Below, piece by piece: positions 46,726 to 62,300 of a stretch of DNA of 64,000 bases. The notes beneath the pieces were generated by a model. The model saw only the letters and a list, made by a program, of their open reading frames with translations, had not been told where the DNA came from and searched no databases. The translations under genes were made by a program, and so were the position numbers. Every line of letters begins with the position of its first letter. Position 1 is the stretch's first letter. Source of the stretch: Balanoglossus misakiensis (taxonomy: Eukaryota; Animalia; Hemichordata); assembly GCA_040954595.2 (NCBI GenBank), contig CM082581.2:9775878-9839877 (forward strand). Direction: 5' to 3'.

Positions 46726-49700
46726 CTAACTTGGGTAGACGTAGGAGGGATGGCCCTCCCTTGCAAGGTGCTGGTTGGCAAACTGAGCGTGCCTGGCAGC
46801 CAACTGTTGAGACGCCACGAGCTGTTGGTGCATGAGTTCCTCGTAGGCCTGCTGCGTGGCCTGCATGTGCCCCCGGGCGCCGTACAGATGGGAGTGAGCC
46901 AGGAGGGCCGAGTGCGGGGAGAGCAAGTGCGTCGGATACCCCAGCTGGTACAGCTGGGAATAGTCCATAATCGAGGGAATGTGACCCTTCCCCAGACTCG
47001 GGATGCTGGGATTGTAGTCCGGGATCATGACGTGCGGGACCCCGGGTGGAAGCTTGGGGTCGTACTCGGGAATGGAGACCAGCGCTTGGCTTGAACTGCT
47101 TGAGCATCGCGCTGCTGCTTCACCACCTTCTGTCGACGCGGTTTTGCTCGTGTCGATCACTCCCTGCGTAATTGATCCTCTAGCTTCGCTTGGTTTCTTT
47201 TCACTTTTGATCAGGTGGTTATCACCCAGTGTCACTTTGTTTGCCGGTGCGGATTTTGTTGTGCGTAAATTCTTGGGCTCGTCAGCTACTCTGCTACTGG
47301 CCCTTTCCCTAACCGAGCCGACAGACCGGGTTTCCTCAGTACGGCTGCTGTTGTCTACAGACTCTCGCTTCGCCTTCTTGGGAAGGCTCAGATCAGTCGG
47401 CTGGTCCTGTTCGGACGCCTCCTTGTACCATTCTTGAAGCGCTCCACCGTGAGCAACTCCGGGCGTTCTGCCTTTGCCGCCATCACCCCTGTGATCGCCA
47501 GCAAAATTCTGGAATGTTTTCGTGTAATACCGCCCATCCTCGCCCTCTGAATCCAGGCGGCTTCTTTTGACGTGATCATAGTACGCTTCTCCTTGCAATT
47601 TTCCCAGTTCGTGTTTGGTACGCTGTCTATCATCCACAGCATTGGCATGCTGAGCCACGTACGGATAGTAAGGGCTCATCATCTGGGGCATGTTGGCCGG
47701 GTAAGTTCTCTTTCTCGGGGTTGCTTCTTTGATGTCCGACGCTTGGGGATGGCATATTTTCTCAAAGTAAGCCCGGTTGATGGCCATTTGATCTTGGCTG
47801 ATGTGTCTGAGAATGAGATCGCTGGCCTGTACGGCCTGAGAGCCGGAACTGCATCTCTCTGAGCTCTGCGTCGTGGATTCCACTAACTCCTTCACCTGTG
47901 TACTCCTCGACCGTTGTGCGTGCTGAATGACTGATGGCCGGACACTGGGTGACGGCGACAGATTCATGCTGGCTGTGGCGACGGGTTTCTCCGCTGCGGC
48001 GGTGACTGCAACCTGGGAGACAGAAGGGGTAGGCATTGGAGGCTGGGATCTCTCAGGCACCGCAGGCTTCCTGGACTGCATGGGCGATCGGCTCCTCGCG
48101 TGCGACAGTAACTTCTTCCTGACCAGGGGCGACATGATGCTCTGCGATGATCTGATCGGAGCTTCGGCGAAACTCGCTGGTGGTGCGGTCGACGCAGTAT
48201 TGATCATGCCAGCGGTAGAGTTGCTCGCTTCAACGTGAGATGGTTCAAACACTTCCCTCTTTACGGTGACATTGTGAGAAGGCACTGCGGGATGACTGGG
48301 GGAAGTCTTGGGCGCCACGGTTACGGCTGGAATGGCATCTACTGTGATCGTCTTCTGAACTCGCACGGAAGACCCACTGCTCGGGTTGGGCGCATTGCGG
48401 ACACTGGCCCTGGTCAGAGGCTGCCGTTCTTTTTTCACTGCCACCATTTCCGGCGGTTCAACTTGAACCTTGACCTCATTGGAGGACGACCCCATTTTGA
48501 AAGTCACCCTGGGTCTGACCATCATCTGGTTAGGATTGTTGTCGTCTTTTGATATGACCATGCGAAGTGACGTGTTTTCTTTGTCTTGTGTTTTCACCTC
48601 TGCTTCAGTCTTGACAGTCTGTAGGGGGAAAAAAGTGTTTGTCAATAAACATTCTCCTTAATATTTGCTTCTGAAATGTGTTGAGAATAAAAGAAGATCC
48701 ACCTGAGGTCATTTCACACAAAAATGTCATGAATCTTTAAAAAAAACACACACTGACCTTTTCATTCTCACTTATAATGTCGTTTGTTGACTCATCACTC
48801 TCCTCACTGCTTCCATACGGCCCATCATACACACTGGTGAGACTGGAACCATGGTTGAAGACGTGGTCGTTGTTGACCTTTTGTATCAGGTGCTGTTTGC
48901 GATGTTTGATGGGTGGGGGCAGAGGTTTGTCATCTTCACCCCGCAAGAATCTTTCATATGGTAGTATAAGCCTGGCCAGGGTAAAAAACAAACAGATATT
49001 AATGTAAATCATTTAGATAAGGGAGGCGGGGAAGGAGAGAGATAGACAGACAGACAGACAGGCAAGCAGACACACAGGCAAGCAGGTAGACAAGCAAAGA
49101 TACAGAGATGGGAGAGAGAGCTGAGAACCAAACAAGTAGAGGATAGTGGCCAATCTCAATTAAAAGCCAAATAAAAGGTTTATAAGACCTGATCATAACA
49201 CAGTGTCTGGATAAGAACACACTGGTATACCTTTCATAGTGTCTTCTAGTACACGTGGCAGCACTTGTACTTCCAGGATTACCACCTAACCCATCATAGA
49301 TGTGTTTCCATAGCTTTCGAGTTGTCACTTTCTCATATCCTCCCCATTTTGTTGCCAACTTGAAGAAGTAATATAAATCAACTACATAGAATAAACAACA
49401 AAAATGGCATTAATATATGGCATGATATCATTATCTCGAGAATTGTATTAGTGAAATGACAGCAAATTTTTAAGACATCCGTAAATCAGATATTTATTCA
49501 GTGATAGGGCTGTGGCTGATATGAAGAGCGACCTCTACAGGCCAAAATTAAATTTTGAAAATTACTGGCAAAGAGTGCAGATCGACTTACTCTGTTTGAA
49601 ACCAAGGTGGGGAATTCTTTCAATGGGTGTGTTTCTTTCTCTCATGTATTTGTATAGAGATTTTAAGAATTCTGCCTCTTCCGAGTCTTGACCATCTTTC

Positions 49701-52700
49701 TCAGCTTTGGTCTTGATGTTTGGAATCAACAACCCATCCTTGTATCGCCGTTCATTTTTACTCTACAGAACAAAATAATATATTGTCATTTTAATACTCT
49801 GGTAGAGTTGTCCACTGTTCCTCCTACAACTGGACATGATTCCTAAATTTGCAATTTACAGATGGATATCCACACATTACCTTGGAACTTGGTTTAACCA
49901 CTAGAGCTGGTGAGGTACGATCTGAATCATTGCTGGAGTCTGGTGATGCTGGGGACACGGGCGTTGGATTTCGACCGGTTTTGATTTTTAACTTCTTTTT
50001 TCGAGGCCTTCCTTTAAGATTTGGTGCTGAAAGGAGAACATAAAAGTTCAATGGCACTGCTTTGGTGTCAAGGATAGTACGGCTTTTTTTACTGTCATGA
50101 TCAGTACTCAACTAAATATTCGCATCCACTTACCCATGTGTTCACATAACTTCTCATTATCAGGCAGTGTCGGATGGTCGAATATTTCTCTACAATAGAG
50201 TATCCTGGTGTTGGGATGTTGGACTGTAAAACCCCCCAGCGCAGTGACAAGCGTATCTCGCAACCAGTAGTCCTTCATGTGCTGTATTCGCTTCATTACA
50301 CCAATATACCGGCAGTATTTGGGGTAACTTAAAATAAGAACTTTTGTGGAGTTATCGTTGTCATCACAACCTTTGAAAAAGAAAAAAAATACATCAATTG
50401 TCAGTCAAAAATGACAGAATGACATTTACACACAAGAAATCTTGGTCGTATATTCCCCCCCCCCCCCCCCCCCCCCCATCACGGATGTCTAATTAGGCCG
50501 TGAATAGCAGTTAAAATTTTGCTTTAAGGCTTCCCATAAACACAAATGAATTTACAAATGATTGACTGTTGCAGAGTTCCAACCCACACACAGCGTCATG
50601 ATCCGCCTTTCAATAAATGACTTGGGGAGTCGTGCTTTGTCTACCGCCACCCCATGGTTAGCTCATTTGCATATCAATTGATTTAAAGATCAAGCCTCAG
50701 CCCCCTGAGAATAGTGCACTCTGGATGCCGGACATTGCATTGTGAGCATCTGACCGCATTATTTCTTTCAAGTAATTCTCCAGCGAATACTTGATCCACG
50801 TTAACATTACTAGCAAAATTGTTTGTGTGTGTAGGGGGGGGGGGGGTTCCCAAGCACACTACATACAAAATATTACTAGTATTTCTATGTCAAAGTTTAT
50901 ACTTCTAGAATTTCAATATTACATAATACATACTACCAAGAAACTTGTCTGGGTTTAAACATGTAAATACGTGTACCACTGAATTCTTGACTGGAAAAAG
51001 TTGTTTGGTTAATTTTGGCTTATTTACATTACATCTCTGGTGTACGGTGGCCTAGATCACTTTCGCAATGCTTCTTCTATCTGACAAAGCGAATTATTTA
51101 AAATGCAAATATCAGCCTTTTTATATTGTAAAGAATACAAACAAGAAACAAAACAGTTTAGAATGTTAAGATCTCAAATAATCCCATTTTATCACTTTGG
51201 AAATCATTAAAATGCTAAATTTATGCATGTTACACAACACATGGTTTTACATATGCTGCATTGCAAATTTCATTGGAAATAATTATTTATAACTATACTG
51301 TCCTTTCTTTTTATAGCTCAGTTATTTATTACTAGTATACAATTTTTAATTGAAGTTATATTTTTACTTGATGCAGAAAACCAATAACTGGTATAGGGTT
51401 AAAAACTCCTTTGCTCTAATAACAAATTTAATTTGAGAAGTTAAATTTCAAATTTTGACTGACTGGACAGCCATTTGAAGTTCACAGAGTCATGAGTTGC
51501 AAGAAGGACGCACTTGTCAACAGAAGCTGAAATTTTTTCCCATCGAGAAATATGATCCGCAAAATGCCATCAGCATAGCTGCAAGTGTAACTATACAATG
51601 CAGTATCAGGGTGCAGCGAATCTCCCATGTGATACCACTGAACTCTCTATTTACTGGACTCGTGTATTATCACAAGAATATACACAGAGAAAGTGTATAG
51701 TCTCAAGGTTCAAACAGATCAAATATTGTTTTACTTTATCGACAGGAATTCATGCTATCACAAGCTGTGTACAACTCACAACATACACTTGCTGATGGCG
51801 TGTAATTGAATATATATATATATATTTTTTTTTTTGGGGGGGGGGGAGATTTCTTTTATTCTTGTTGATAATATACAAATTTACGGAAGCCATTATCAAC
51901 TAGGGTATCTTCCTTGACTGCATGTCACCTTAGCAAGCTGTCAATAAAACCTAAATACTACACTTAAGATTTGGTCCTTGTTAATTAGCAATACTAAAGA
52001 GTCAGTGAATTGTTTGAACTTTCACAAAAGAGTTTGATATGCTGACATCTGATTGGATGTCACCATGGCAGTGAGAACTATTTAGTATACAGGGAGTCAA
52101 GGCTATTTTGTTGATTTTTGTTGTTGAAAACTGTTGTGACCCACTGGGAAATCTTGTTGACAATTCCCTCGGGGGAGATGGAGCCTTGAAATCTGCTGGC
52201 CTTGAATTATAACTCGGTGACCTTGACAAGGGGGTTGGGGCAACTGAAGACTTTTCAGATGTCTTGTCAATCCTGCATGAACAGTACATCAAAATATTTA
52301 CGTCAATATTGCCCAATTCTCTGAAATGCTCAACTGCACAAACCTCAGCTAAGACCCCTTTGAAAACTCTTTTCTGTTTTAATGACACTATTTACTTCTG
52401 GAGATCGGTCAGGCTTTTCCCTTTCAAATTTTCAATGGCCGGAAATCAGTGAAGCTTGCAAGTGTCACAGTTACTGAATAATTTTTGTCTGCCAAATTTA
52501 TAATTTAAAGAGTGTGCAGAAAACAACAATGGTATACTCTCAATTAAAGGGATAGATTTAATTTTAATTTTTAGAGATTAAAAAAACTGCCCCCAGACTA
52601 CTTATGAGAGACATAAAACTTAAATAGGCAAGTTCGGAAAACAGCCTGAATAGTTTGTATTTTCCCCCGGAGGGCTTGGCAGTAAATTTTCTGACACACT

Positions 52701-53338
52701 AACATCTGCTCATCTGCTGGGGGTGGAATTTCCATTCTAAAAATTGTATCCTATGGCTTTGCTGCAGCAGAACAAGATTTTCTGCACAAAGCTACATTTG
52801 TGAACATCATTTATATACTACAAATAAAAAAAAACTTTTAATATATGTCTCAAAGAGCAGGTCTGGAATACTCTTTCAAAACAGGCACCTGTTGAAATCG
52901 TATTCACACTGACCTCATTTCAATTCCACTGGCTGGTTGTATTATTTCAAGTTTGAATTAATTATCAATTAATTATTTATGCCGGATAAAATACAGTGCT
53001 GGACTATTCGCCTCTCATTCATCAATCTTACTGGTGACACTGAATGTATTAAAAAATCAAGAACTTAGAAACGTATGTACCGACACCCACACAAAAAACA
53101 AGACTTTGATTAACTTACCTATTAGTTTCTTTTCTTTCTTGATGTCTTTGACATTAAGCCTGTCATTATTGGCAGCGAAGGCTTCCAATAATCCTGCATT
53201 CTTATCTGGATAATCCCCCTTTAAATCCTTTTCATATACTGCCTGAGTTCCTCTGTTCCAATCTTCTCCAGATATTATCCATTCTACTAAATCCTCGATT
53301 CTCAAGATGACTTTGTCTGAGGCTGCCAATACTTCATC
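46726..53338 (-). CDS. ARID5B: AT-rich interactive domain protein 5B-like (partial; 5' exons not found in window)
   Basis: Exons 53338-53119 (DEVLAASDKVILRIEDLVEW), 50370-50134 (LSYPKYCRY...ALGG...ILYCREIFDHPTL), 50026-49881 (APNLKGRPRKKK), 49762-49591 (FLKSLYKYMRERNTPIERIPHLGFKQ), 49381-49231 (WKHIYDGLGGNPGSTSAATCTRRHYER), 48971-48758 (LILPYERFLRGEDDKPLPP), 48618-46726 join in frame. These match ARID5B's N-terminal and ARID domains; QPTDLSLPK is also present. Confidence 0.95.
50455..50477. repeat. Poly-C tract (poly-G on the ARID5B sense strand)
   Basis: About 23 consecutive C, ~85 nt upstream of an ARID5B acceptor site. Confidence 0.9.
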
Positions 53339-56300
53339 CTGATGGGAAAAAAATATATATACAAAATTAAATTTGTAAATGAACTATAAGCGCATTTAAT
53401 TTCAAAAGGAGTCACAATAACTGTATTTATAAAACACTAAGATTTTATTTCTCAGAGACTGCCACTTGATTTCACTACATGTATTGTAACCTCCACTGAA
53501 TCATCGTGAAAATTAAGAGACTGAATCAAGTAATTCCTAATTTTTTTATGGTTATGGTTCATGTTATGAAATCCGTATCTCCTGAACTGCTGCCTGAGAT
53601 CAAAGTTCAAAATCACTCACTTGATATAAACATCAAAAGTAAACACACCTTGGTGATCGCGACAAAATTTAGAAAATACAGAGTATATATTTGTGAAGTA
53701 TATGTTGAGTCTGCCTTTCAAAGTGATGATACATAAGTAAAAGCTTAACTATTCTACAGCTGTTTTCAGTTATGTATCACAGTTTCTTTTACCTCCCCTC
53801 TCTCTGATTCATAAAATTTAATTTACATCTTTTATTTTTGGATCCAATTCTTGTTCGCGTTTTCCGGTGACTATGATGGGTCAGCTTGAATTGTCTGGAA
53901 CTGTTTTTGAGAACTGTAATTTTTTATTCTGCTTTCAAATGATGTTTGTACAGTGACTGATTTCCTATGAAAAGCACACAACTGCTTGTTGTGCGGTACT
54001 TGACCCTCTCACAAAAAAGGTAAGTTGCCAAGGATACGAAAAATTCAAAACACAAAAATACACTTGATGCGAAATAAAACAGCCATCAGCGACATACATA
54101 TTTTTTCACTCGGGTCTGATATCTTCCACATGACTTGAGACAAATTTGATGTATGATCCTTAGTAAACTGAATTACACACTTGATACAGTGAATTTAATC
54201 AATGTGTCACCTCTATGGCTAGTGGTCAGTTCTGATTGCACAAAACCTTGGCCGAGTGCCAAGGCTCTTTGTCAATTTTTTTATTAAGAAGTGTTTTACT
54301 GTTCACACAGATTTGTGCCTGCAATAAATTCTTGTAGATATGGGCAAACTTCTCATGAAAAGTTTATTGATGCATCTTGCAAAAACAAACAAACCGTAAA
54401 CAATTTTTAAAAGAAAATCTGAAAATGTGTAAGGTGATTCACTTCCTGTTGTTTAATCTGACCATGTCTTAGGAGTGACTCTTCCGACAGCAATAACCTA
54501 ATTTTGAGTTCATTCACCATATCATCAAGTGGCACTGAAAATTTCAAAGAAGGCAAATTCTTCTTTAAATAAAAAAATATAAAACAGTGATTCCTAAAAC
54601 GTATTTATAAAAATAAAGAACTGATCATAATGATAGTTAGTTGATAAATTCAGAGTATAAGACATTAGCAGTTTTTGGTCATTCAGAAGATTCTATTCTT
54701 TCTCCGTTTCAGATGTCTGTCTACACAGGAAACTGATCATCACTCAGTCTGAGAAATTTCATCTCTGTAGTGTACACGTGTATGTTTATGTTATCATGCA
54801 CACAGTAGCATTGTGGGAGTATGCACTGAGACAATATCGGAACAGACTTAAAAGTTTATTGCAGCATATACAGGCAACTGTATGAAATTTTACGCGAAAA
54901 TCACATTTTTGGGGGAAAATAGATTTTCGTCAAACTGACTTTAAACCGAAGTTTGGTGCCGCCGATCTTGTCGCGGGACACTTGGTGTGACCAGCACTTT
55001 TTCATTCAGGTTATTCAATTCAAACCCGTATTCTTCAGAGTTCCTTTATGGCATTGAGTGTGTGCGTGTGAGTTGGAGTGGAATAGCCCAAAAGAAAATT
55101 GCCCCTTCCACTTTAAATCGAGGGGAGCATTAAACCTCAGAGACGCATTTTAACCTTCGGGGTGAACCACCTTATTGGAACAAACTCCGAGCAACAACAA
55201 CTAACACAGATGTTCTTTCAGTCGGCTGGAAATCAGCAACAAAACATATCAAGATATTCTTTTGTTGCACAAGGTTTCCGAAGAGTCGAGTGGGTGGAAG
55301 GAGCATTGTTTAAGGAAACACATAGGTGCCACAGTTTCCTGCCAGTTGGTGCAGTCTCATTTTAAAGTGTCATCAAAATGAAATACAGACTAGTCACCAG
55401 ATGGCGTCAAATATTTGAGGGCAGACTTTTTACTATTTCTCAAATAAAAAAGAAAGATTTTTCAATTTGTTGATTTACCTAAAAAAAAGAAATCCTACAT
55501 TACTATTAACATTTATGGAAAAAATGTCTTTATTGAACACTATTCCATTCATGCATTCTAAACAGTCACTATAGTCACAAAGAGTACAACAAAAATACAC
55601 AAGAACCAATTCATTTAAAAATTCATGTTTGTTTCAGTCTGTTCAATGCATTCCATGATTTCAATAAAAATAGCGAGGCTGTAAGTTTATTATTTTTACC
55701 ACGATACATATTTATCCCATATTTGAACAGTAAAATAATGCCGGTATAGATTGTATTATATTTAGTCAACTCAGCAAGTATAAAGTCTGAAAACTGCTTA
55801 TCAGCTTAATCATTTCCACTTTTCACATAAATCCTCCACCAGCTCCATGACCTCTGACCCCTACCCATGGTGATACATAGTCTGCAAGATTTTAAAGCTA
55901 CGGCCATTTTGTTTGATAAATAAATGAATCATTTCTATGCCAGTGCTTGTAAGGCCAAACAAACAAATCAGGGCAACACATACTGTTTTTCTCTTTAAAG
56001 TTCAATGCTTAGAACAAACTTTAACAAACACAAAATTTCATTATCAGCTGAGTGGACTTGAGGCAATTATTACAAATAAATAGCATAATGTGAATTTCTG
56101 CCATAACTGCCAAACACAAAGCACATCCCATTCTTAAGCAAGATAATTTGTATAGGAAAAAAATATAATATCCTATTCATATAATAAAAAGTTATTTGTA
56201 TACATAGATATGTGTGCCTAACAAAACATTTCAATGAATATTATTATATAAAAAAAAATTAAAAATAGCTCATTGTTATACAACTGCACTTTTGGTGCAT

Positions 56301-59300
56301 ATTTATATCTTGGCAATTCCTGTTTTACCAAAACTAGGCTGGTATTTGTTATTCAGAGGAAATTGAAAAAAAAAGTCTATTAAAGGTAATTTATTTTGAC
56401 TAGAAAAACTCCCACACACAGTGCAATCCATGGTATCAGAATACAATGTGTCCTTCAAACTTTAACTTAAATATGTTTTTGAAATTAAGTTATGATGATA
56501 AGAGAAATAGTACGGTTCCAAGGCCACACAGATTTTCGTTTAGGTCTATATATGTATGATATTTGCCTGCTGCCAACGGTCCATCAACACATCAATTGGC
56601 AAGTACACATACACAGACAGCTGGATTTTATATACAGGACTGTTACAAATTAATTTAATGTCCCAAAGTTTCTTTCTGATCAATCACACATTTTAATTAT
56701 TTGCCCAGCTCCAGAAGGCCAAAAAAGAGCCAATTGTTGATCATTACCAACTTGATTGATGACTTTGTGAAAATATAGTGAAAGAAAGAGCACAGTCAAT
56801 CTGCAGATAAACTTTATATTCTTTCAGTGAATTTTTGGGAAAAGTCGATTCTGTTTTTCTTTAAAATGGTTCAATGGACAATTGAGTTATTCTGCTCTAG
56901 TGACCCTTGCTACCAATACCAATTATTTCACAAAGATTTTCAATTCCAAACCTATTCAGTCTCGGAAGGGGCCATCTCACTTTTTATTGGCTAACTTGAC
57001 TAATGCAAGGTCATTTCTAAAGCGTAATTGACACTTCTCAACTCGACCCATCTTCCGGCCGCTTGACAATCCTTCTGGTGAGGATGCGAAGGTCAAAGGT
57101 CACAACTTCAGGGGTCAGAATACGACCCCGCGATAATAATTTAGTTGCAGCTCCCGTCCTCGCTGCCAAGCTTATTGTTAGGAATTTAGGCCAAATAATT
57201 TCACGCAAGAAAATATGGATTTCAAATTAACAGCGTCAATGTCAAGGCCTAGGGTGCCATCTATAATATGTGAGGAGTATGCAGATATCAGTATTTAACT
57301 GCCATTTTAAAATAGCTTAGGTTTTGTAATGTAATGTATCTGTTGCAATTACCACATCAGTTAATTTTGCTTTTACAGTATCGGATTCTCTGTGGCCTTG
57401 GTATGTATGGCTCAATGAAAATATATCAAAGCGCTGGAATGAATTTTTTTTTTACAAACACAGTTTGGTTGTTATTGATTAATACAGCCTGTAATCAGTA
57501 AAGCGAACTGAATCCCCTCAGGGTCCAACTTGAATATTAACAGGCTCAAATTTCATACAAAATACTATTTCTGTTTAGGCCTCTCTTGCAATCTAAATAC
57601 ATAAACAAATCAAACACTATTCAAAATTGTGGAAAAGCTCGGGTTACACTGTGTCTTGATTGAAACAAAATGTGCCAATGGAAAATACTATTAAATTCTG
57701 AAAGTATATACCAACCCAAAACAGTAATTTTAATGTTTAATTCTTTCATCGTTTAAAAAATTCCCTTAGCTTATAAAATTAAAATCACACGTGTATCATG
57801 GATTATCAATATAAGTAAATATTACATTGTTAGGTGCAACAGTCAATTTAAGCCAATGGTTCTTTAGAAAAGAAACACAGGTTCAGATAATGCTAAAATA
57901 ATGAGGTTCCCATAAACCAAATACCAAACAGATTGCCGAGCCTGTCAAGCTCTTATCTCTGAAATTTGAAAAGACTGCAACTGATTAAGTATCAACATAT
58001 ATTAGAGAAATTCAAGATGAGACTGACATTTAAGCGAAACAATTGTAATTTTATTGACTGCAATTGAATCCTCTTTCTTTTTAAGGCAGCCACAGCTGAT
58101 CAGGGGGGCTAGGGCAGGATATGCGTGGCCCAACCAGTTAAACAAGCTGTAAACCAGTCATAATTCGGAGATAAAAGTCAACTCACTTCTACATCTTCCG
58201 GTGTATAAACAAATCCTTGCATTATATCCCTTCTATCTACTCATGAATATTAATAATGGACAACTGTGAAATTCCTTCAAAAATGACTTTTTCTCAATTT
58301 ACTGTGAAATGTGAACAATTGCAAGGGACCAGACAATTTTACACTGAAAATTTCTGGAATGAATGTTAGATTTTCCCAAAATGAAATCTACACAAAAGAA
58401 ATTCACGCACAATATACAATTTTATGAAATTTACAATGATAGGGGTGTAGGTTGCTTAGCATATTTCAAATTTTATTCTTTGATAAAATGTTGAGAATAT
58501 TTGCATGTTTTGGATGTGACAGTATGTGAAGAAGATAAAAAACAGAAAAGAAAAATTCCTTCAAAAGAAAACTCTGCTTGGAAATATTTGTATAGATGGG
58601 AGGAGGTTATGTGAAAATAACCTCTTACTCCTGGAGTTGCTTGATTTATGGTCCCCCAGCTGTCAGATACTTCATCACATCATTTCTTAAGTTTCGACTG
58701 CTGCAAGTCCGGCCTTGACAGCCAATTTCCCGCCAAATTTTCCGGGTTTTTTTCACAAATAAATATTTATACCATTGTGAATTGTTTAGGTCTGGGTAAC
58801 CAAATGAAAACATTTTAGCTTAATTTTATTCCTTCTAAAAAATATTTACAGAATTTGCATGTGAGTTTTTTCTTTTTTTTCCCCAGAAAATTTAAAAAAG
58901 AAAACTGCATGCTGGGAGAGGCAGATATTTTTGTTGCATGTAGCAGATTTTGTGCGCTTGGCTGAAGACTTTTTTGTAGACAACAAGTGGACTGAATGTC
59001 ATTCACTTGTAAATTGTCAAAGATCTTGTTTTTGAAGGGGTCAGTGGCAAGAATCCCTTAAACGTCAGCTGGAGGAAGATTCATTACAAGCTGAAAAGAG
59101 TCATGCATCTCCAAAGATCAGAACAAACAGTGTTGATTGATTATGGACGGTAAGGCAAAGCCACTAATTATGGACATGACAAGAAAAGGGAAAAAAGCTC
59201 TTGCACAACAAAAGACTGGGTAATTTACATGTCATTTGTACAATGCTTTAATTAAACAACCCTTTCACTGCTACCTTCACACCCCTTCTTCACAATGGCT

Positions 59301-62300
59301 TGAGCCAATTTATCTTCAATAAACAATTAGTTAATACCAAATGCACATATCCATCACATGCCCTGTGATGAAACTTATTAAAATTCCTATACATTGGTCA
59401 CTGTGGATTTATTTGCAAGCCAATGCATTAAAATGAAAAAAAAAAATATTCCATACCATTTGATTTTTAAAAAATTTGTCAAATCAACTCACAGGTCAAG
59501 ACTGAATTATATATCCCACAGAAAAATTTATGATGTTTATATTCCAGCATCTGTCTTTGGGATAATACTGAAGAACAGACAATTTTAAACTGAATTTATT
59601 ACTTGAGAATTTCTTTTCATCTCTTGGCGAGGCGAGTAATAAAACTTTTACAGGGATTTTAATGGCATCATTTATCTTGATCTTACAATCTTCAGTTCCT
59701 TAGCAATACATTCAACTGTTGACCTAAAAAAAAAAAAAATCGTCGTAGAAGCTCTACACCCTGATATTGTAATTTTACTCAATCAATGACAAAACTTCAA
59801 GGAGGCTATAACTCAGTTTTGCAAATTTTTCGCATCCATCCTTTTGGTTGCATTTAACTTTTCACAGTCGCCAGTGGTGCGTGGCCAGTATTCAACCATT
59901 CCCTTGTGTTCGCCACTTACTTCAGAGAGTCGACCAATCGGCGGATGCATTTGCGGGGCCTTCTTGTCAACAAGCACAAAAGACTTTAGGTGACATAACT
60001 ATACCTATGAAAGGGAACACTGACACTGCACAAATAAAGCTTATAATAGGCCATACAATCCTTTAGATTTTACAATCGACAAAACATGTTAGTAAAGTGA
60101 TGGGAACGAAATCCTGCTGGAAACATCATCGCTAAAAATTGCCGATATTCTTAAATAACTAGGACAACTATCAGTTAATAACAGTGGCGTTTTCACTAAC
60201 GCAGAGCAGGCCAGCCAACTTTTTTTACTTTTTTATCGACTTGATCAAGTTTCCTTCCATAGTGTCATTATGCATGCGTGTTATTGGATGGTTAACAATG
60301 GGACAGCACCACCCATACATAGGGGTGGGCAGGATCTGATATTCTGGAAGATACAATATCGTTCGATTAAAAATTCCTATTTTCTGGGAAATGATAAATT
60401 TTATGAAATTTAGTCATAAAAATAATCGTGATATACTGAATATTCATTCTGTATCCATGCCAATTATATATATGAAGTTCTCTCATTAAAAATGATGATT
60501 TTACTGGAGCAGCAATGTAACCCATCCGTGAACTATCCTTCCCTACCCTGCCCTTCCGTAATGGTATAACCTGTTAAGTTGATATTCAGCAAATATTGCC
60601 CCAGTATAGTTTCTTCTGCTAGAATTTCTTGACAAACTTGTGGAGCAACTGTTTACCATAAATTTCCACCCCAATATTTAGATAAGAAGCAGTCTGGGGT
60701 TAGAGCTAACATTCAGAGTCCAACAGCGATAAACAGTCACCCAGTATAAATTTTCAAAATATCCACACATACCCTAAATTTCACGGCGAAAACAAGTGTA
60801 TTTATACAAATCCACTGAAAAATGAGAAACAGAACGCAGTCGTGTTGTTTTTAAGGGGTGTCTATTAGAGTTCATTTCCAGCACCCCTCAATTCAACCAA
60901 GATCCATAATACCGTATATTTGCATATGAATACATTTCCTTCACGAATGCATTGGACTGCAATTGTAAAATTTGTGGCACTGTTAAGAGAAAGAAATCAA
61001 TTACTGCCATTTAAATTATTTATAAAGGAACAACTGGTTCTCTGGTGTTTCCTTCTTGAGACTAAGGCTTCATAAACTGGATCAATATGTGTACCACTGA
61101 ACTGCCATAAAACTAATCTGTCAACTTGTGTAATGAAATATTTGAGACTGTTTTTTTTTTGCTGTCACCTACTTCAAACTACAAAATTTACCATCGGTAC
61201 ATGAATGGTCATCTATTGCTTAATCACACAAAAATGCCCGTCAAGCTTTCTTAAAATTCAATATCCTATTTATGATTAAAATAAATGGAAACAATTTCCT
61301 TATACTGAAGCACGTCAGACAGTAGGAGAGAATAACGAAAAAATCAGAAATTTTAGGTATGTTGGTAGGGCAGAAAAAGACCTACTTTTCAAGGTGGGGC
61401 AAGCTTTTCATGACATTTCTAAACTTGTTCTCACAGTATGCAGTTTAAGTTAATGAACTTGTCATTTACCAGAGGCTATTTGTAACTAGCTCTAAATACA
61501 TAGCAAGGAGGCCAATGGTAATGACTTGGTTTTCAATGTGTGAACATTAGTCATGTGCAGAGATGGTTGACAAACAACTACTGTCCCATAATTACCATAC
61601 AAATGAAACTCAATCATACTGGTCAGCTTCCATACCCATGCATATGGTAAATAATGTCACTTTTACCTTGTCCACACAATGACGCACTAAATTTTCTTAC
61701 TTTTTTAAACAGAGTTTTTAAATTCTCCTATCATCACAAGATTTATTAGCTCTTGAGATTAACTATCAACATGTGAATGTATATATCCCAAAGGTCATTC
61801 CCAGTCTCTGTTTTACATCAAGTGTTAATTTTAAATATGGGTAAAAAGATCTCTGACATTTAATCAAAGCCGGGGTGTATAATGACCAGAATTACTTTTA
61901 AATTACGGATCCTGAACACAGGGAATTTAGGCTGTCAAATCAATATTTTCGTCATGTGGATTTCTCTGTAGGTTTCATTCCAGAGTGACAATTTTGAATT
62001 TATGTATGTGTGTAATTTACACACTACTTGTCACATGCTAAAATAAGGTGTCACCAGTCTTAAATGGCCAGAAGTTTACTCCGCTTTATATATCAATTTA
62101 CTCCAACGCCATACCCTATACTGCGCAGGAAATATCTCAAAAATTACAATATTCACCAAAAGAAAATATCAGCAAAAAAAACAACCCCCCACACAATCAG
62201 TTAAAGTTTTGATAGCCAGTGACATTTTTGGAACACTGACAGGAAATAATGAAATACAACAACAATATGAAGGGAAGGTTATCATATATCGTAGTGCAGT

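Noticed and set aside
52002-52388. 128-aa ORF in an ARID5B intron as a cassette exon
   Set aside because: Its frame does not fit the phase-1 flanking exons at the obvious acceptor, the donor is weak, and the flanking exons join directly as in vertebrate ARID5B.
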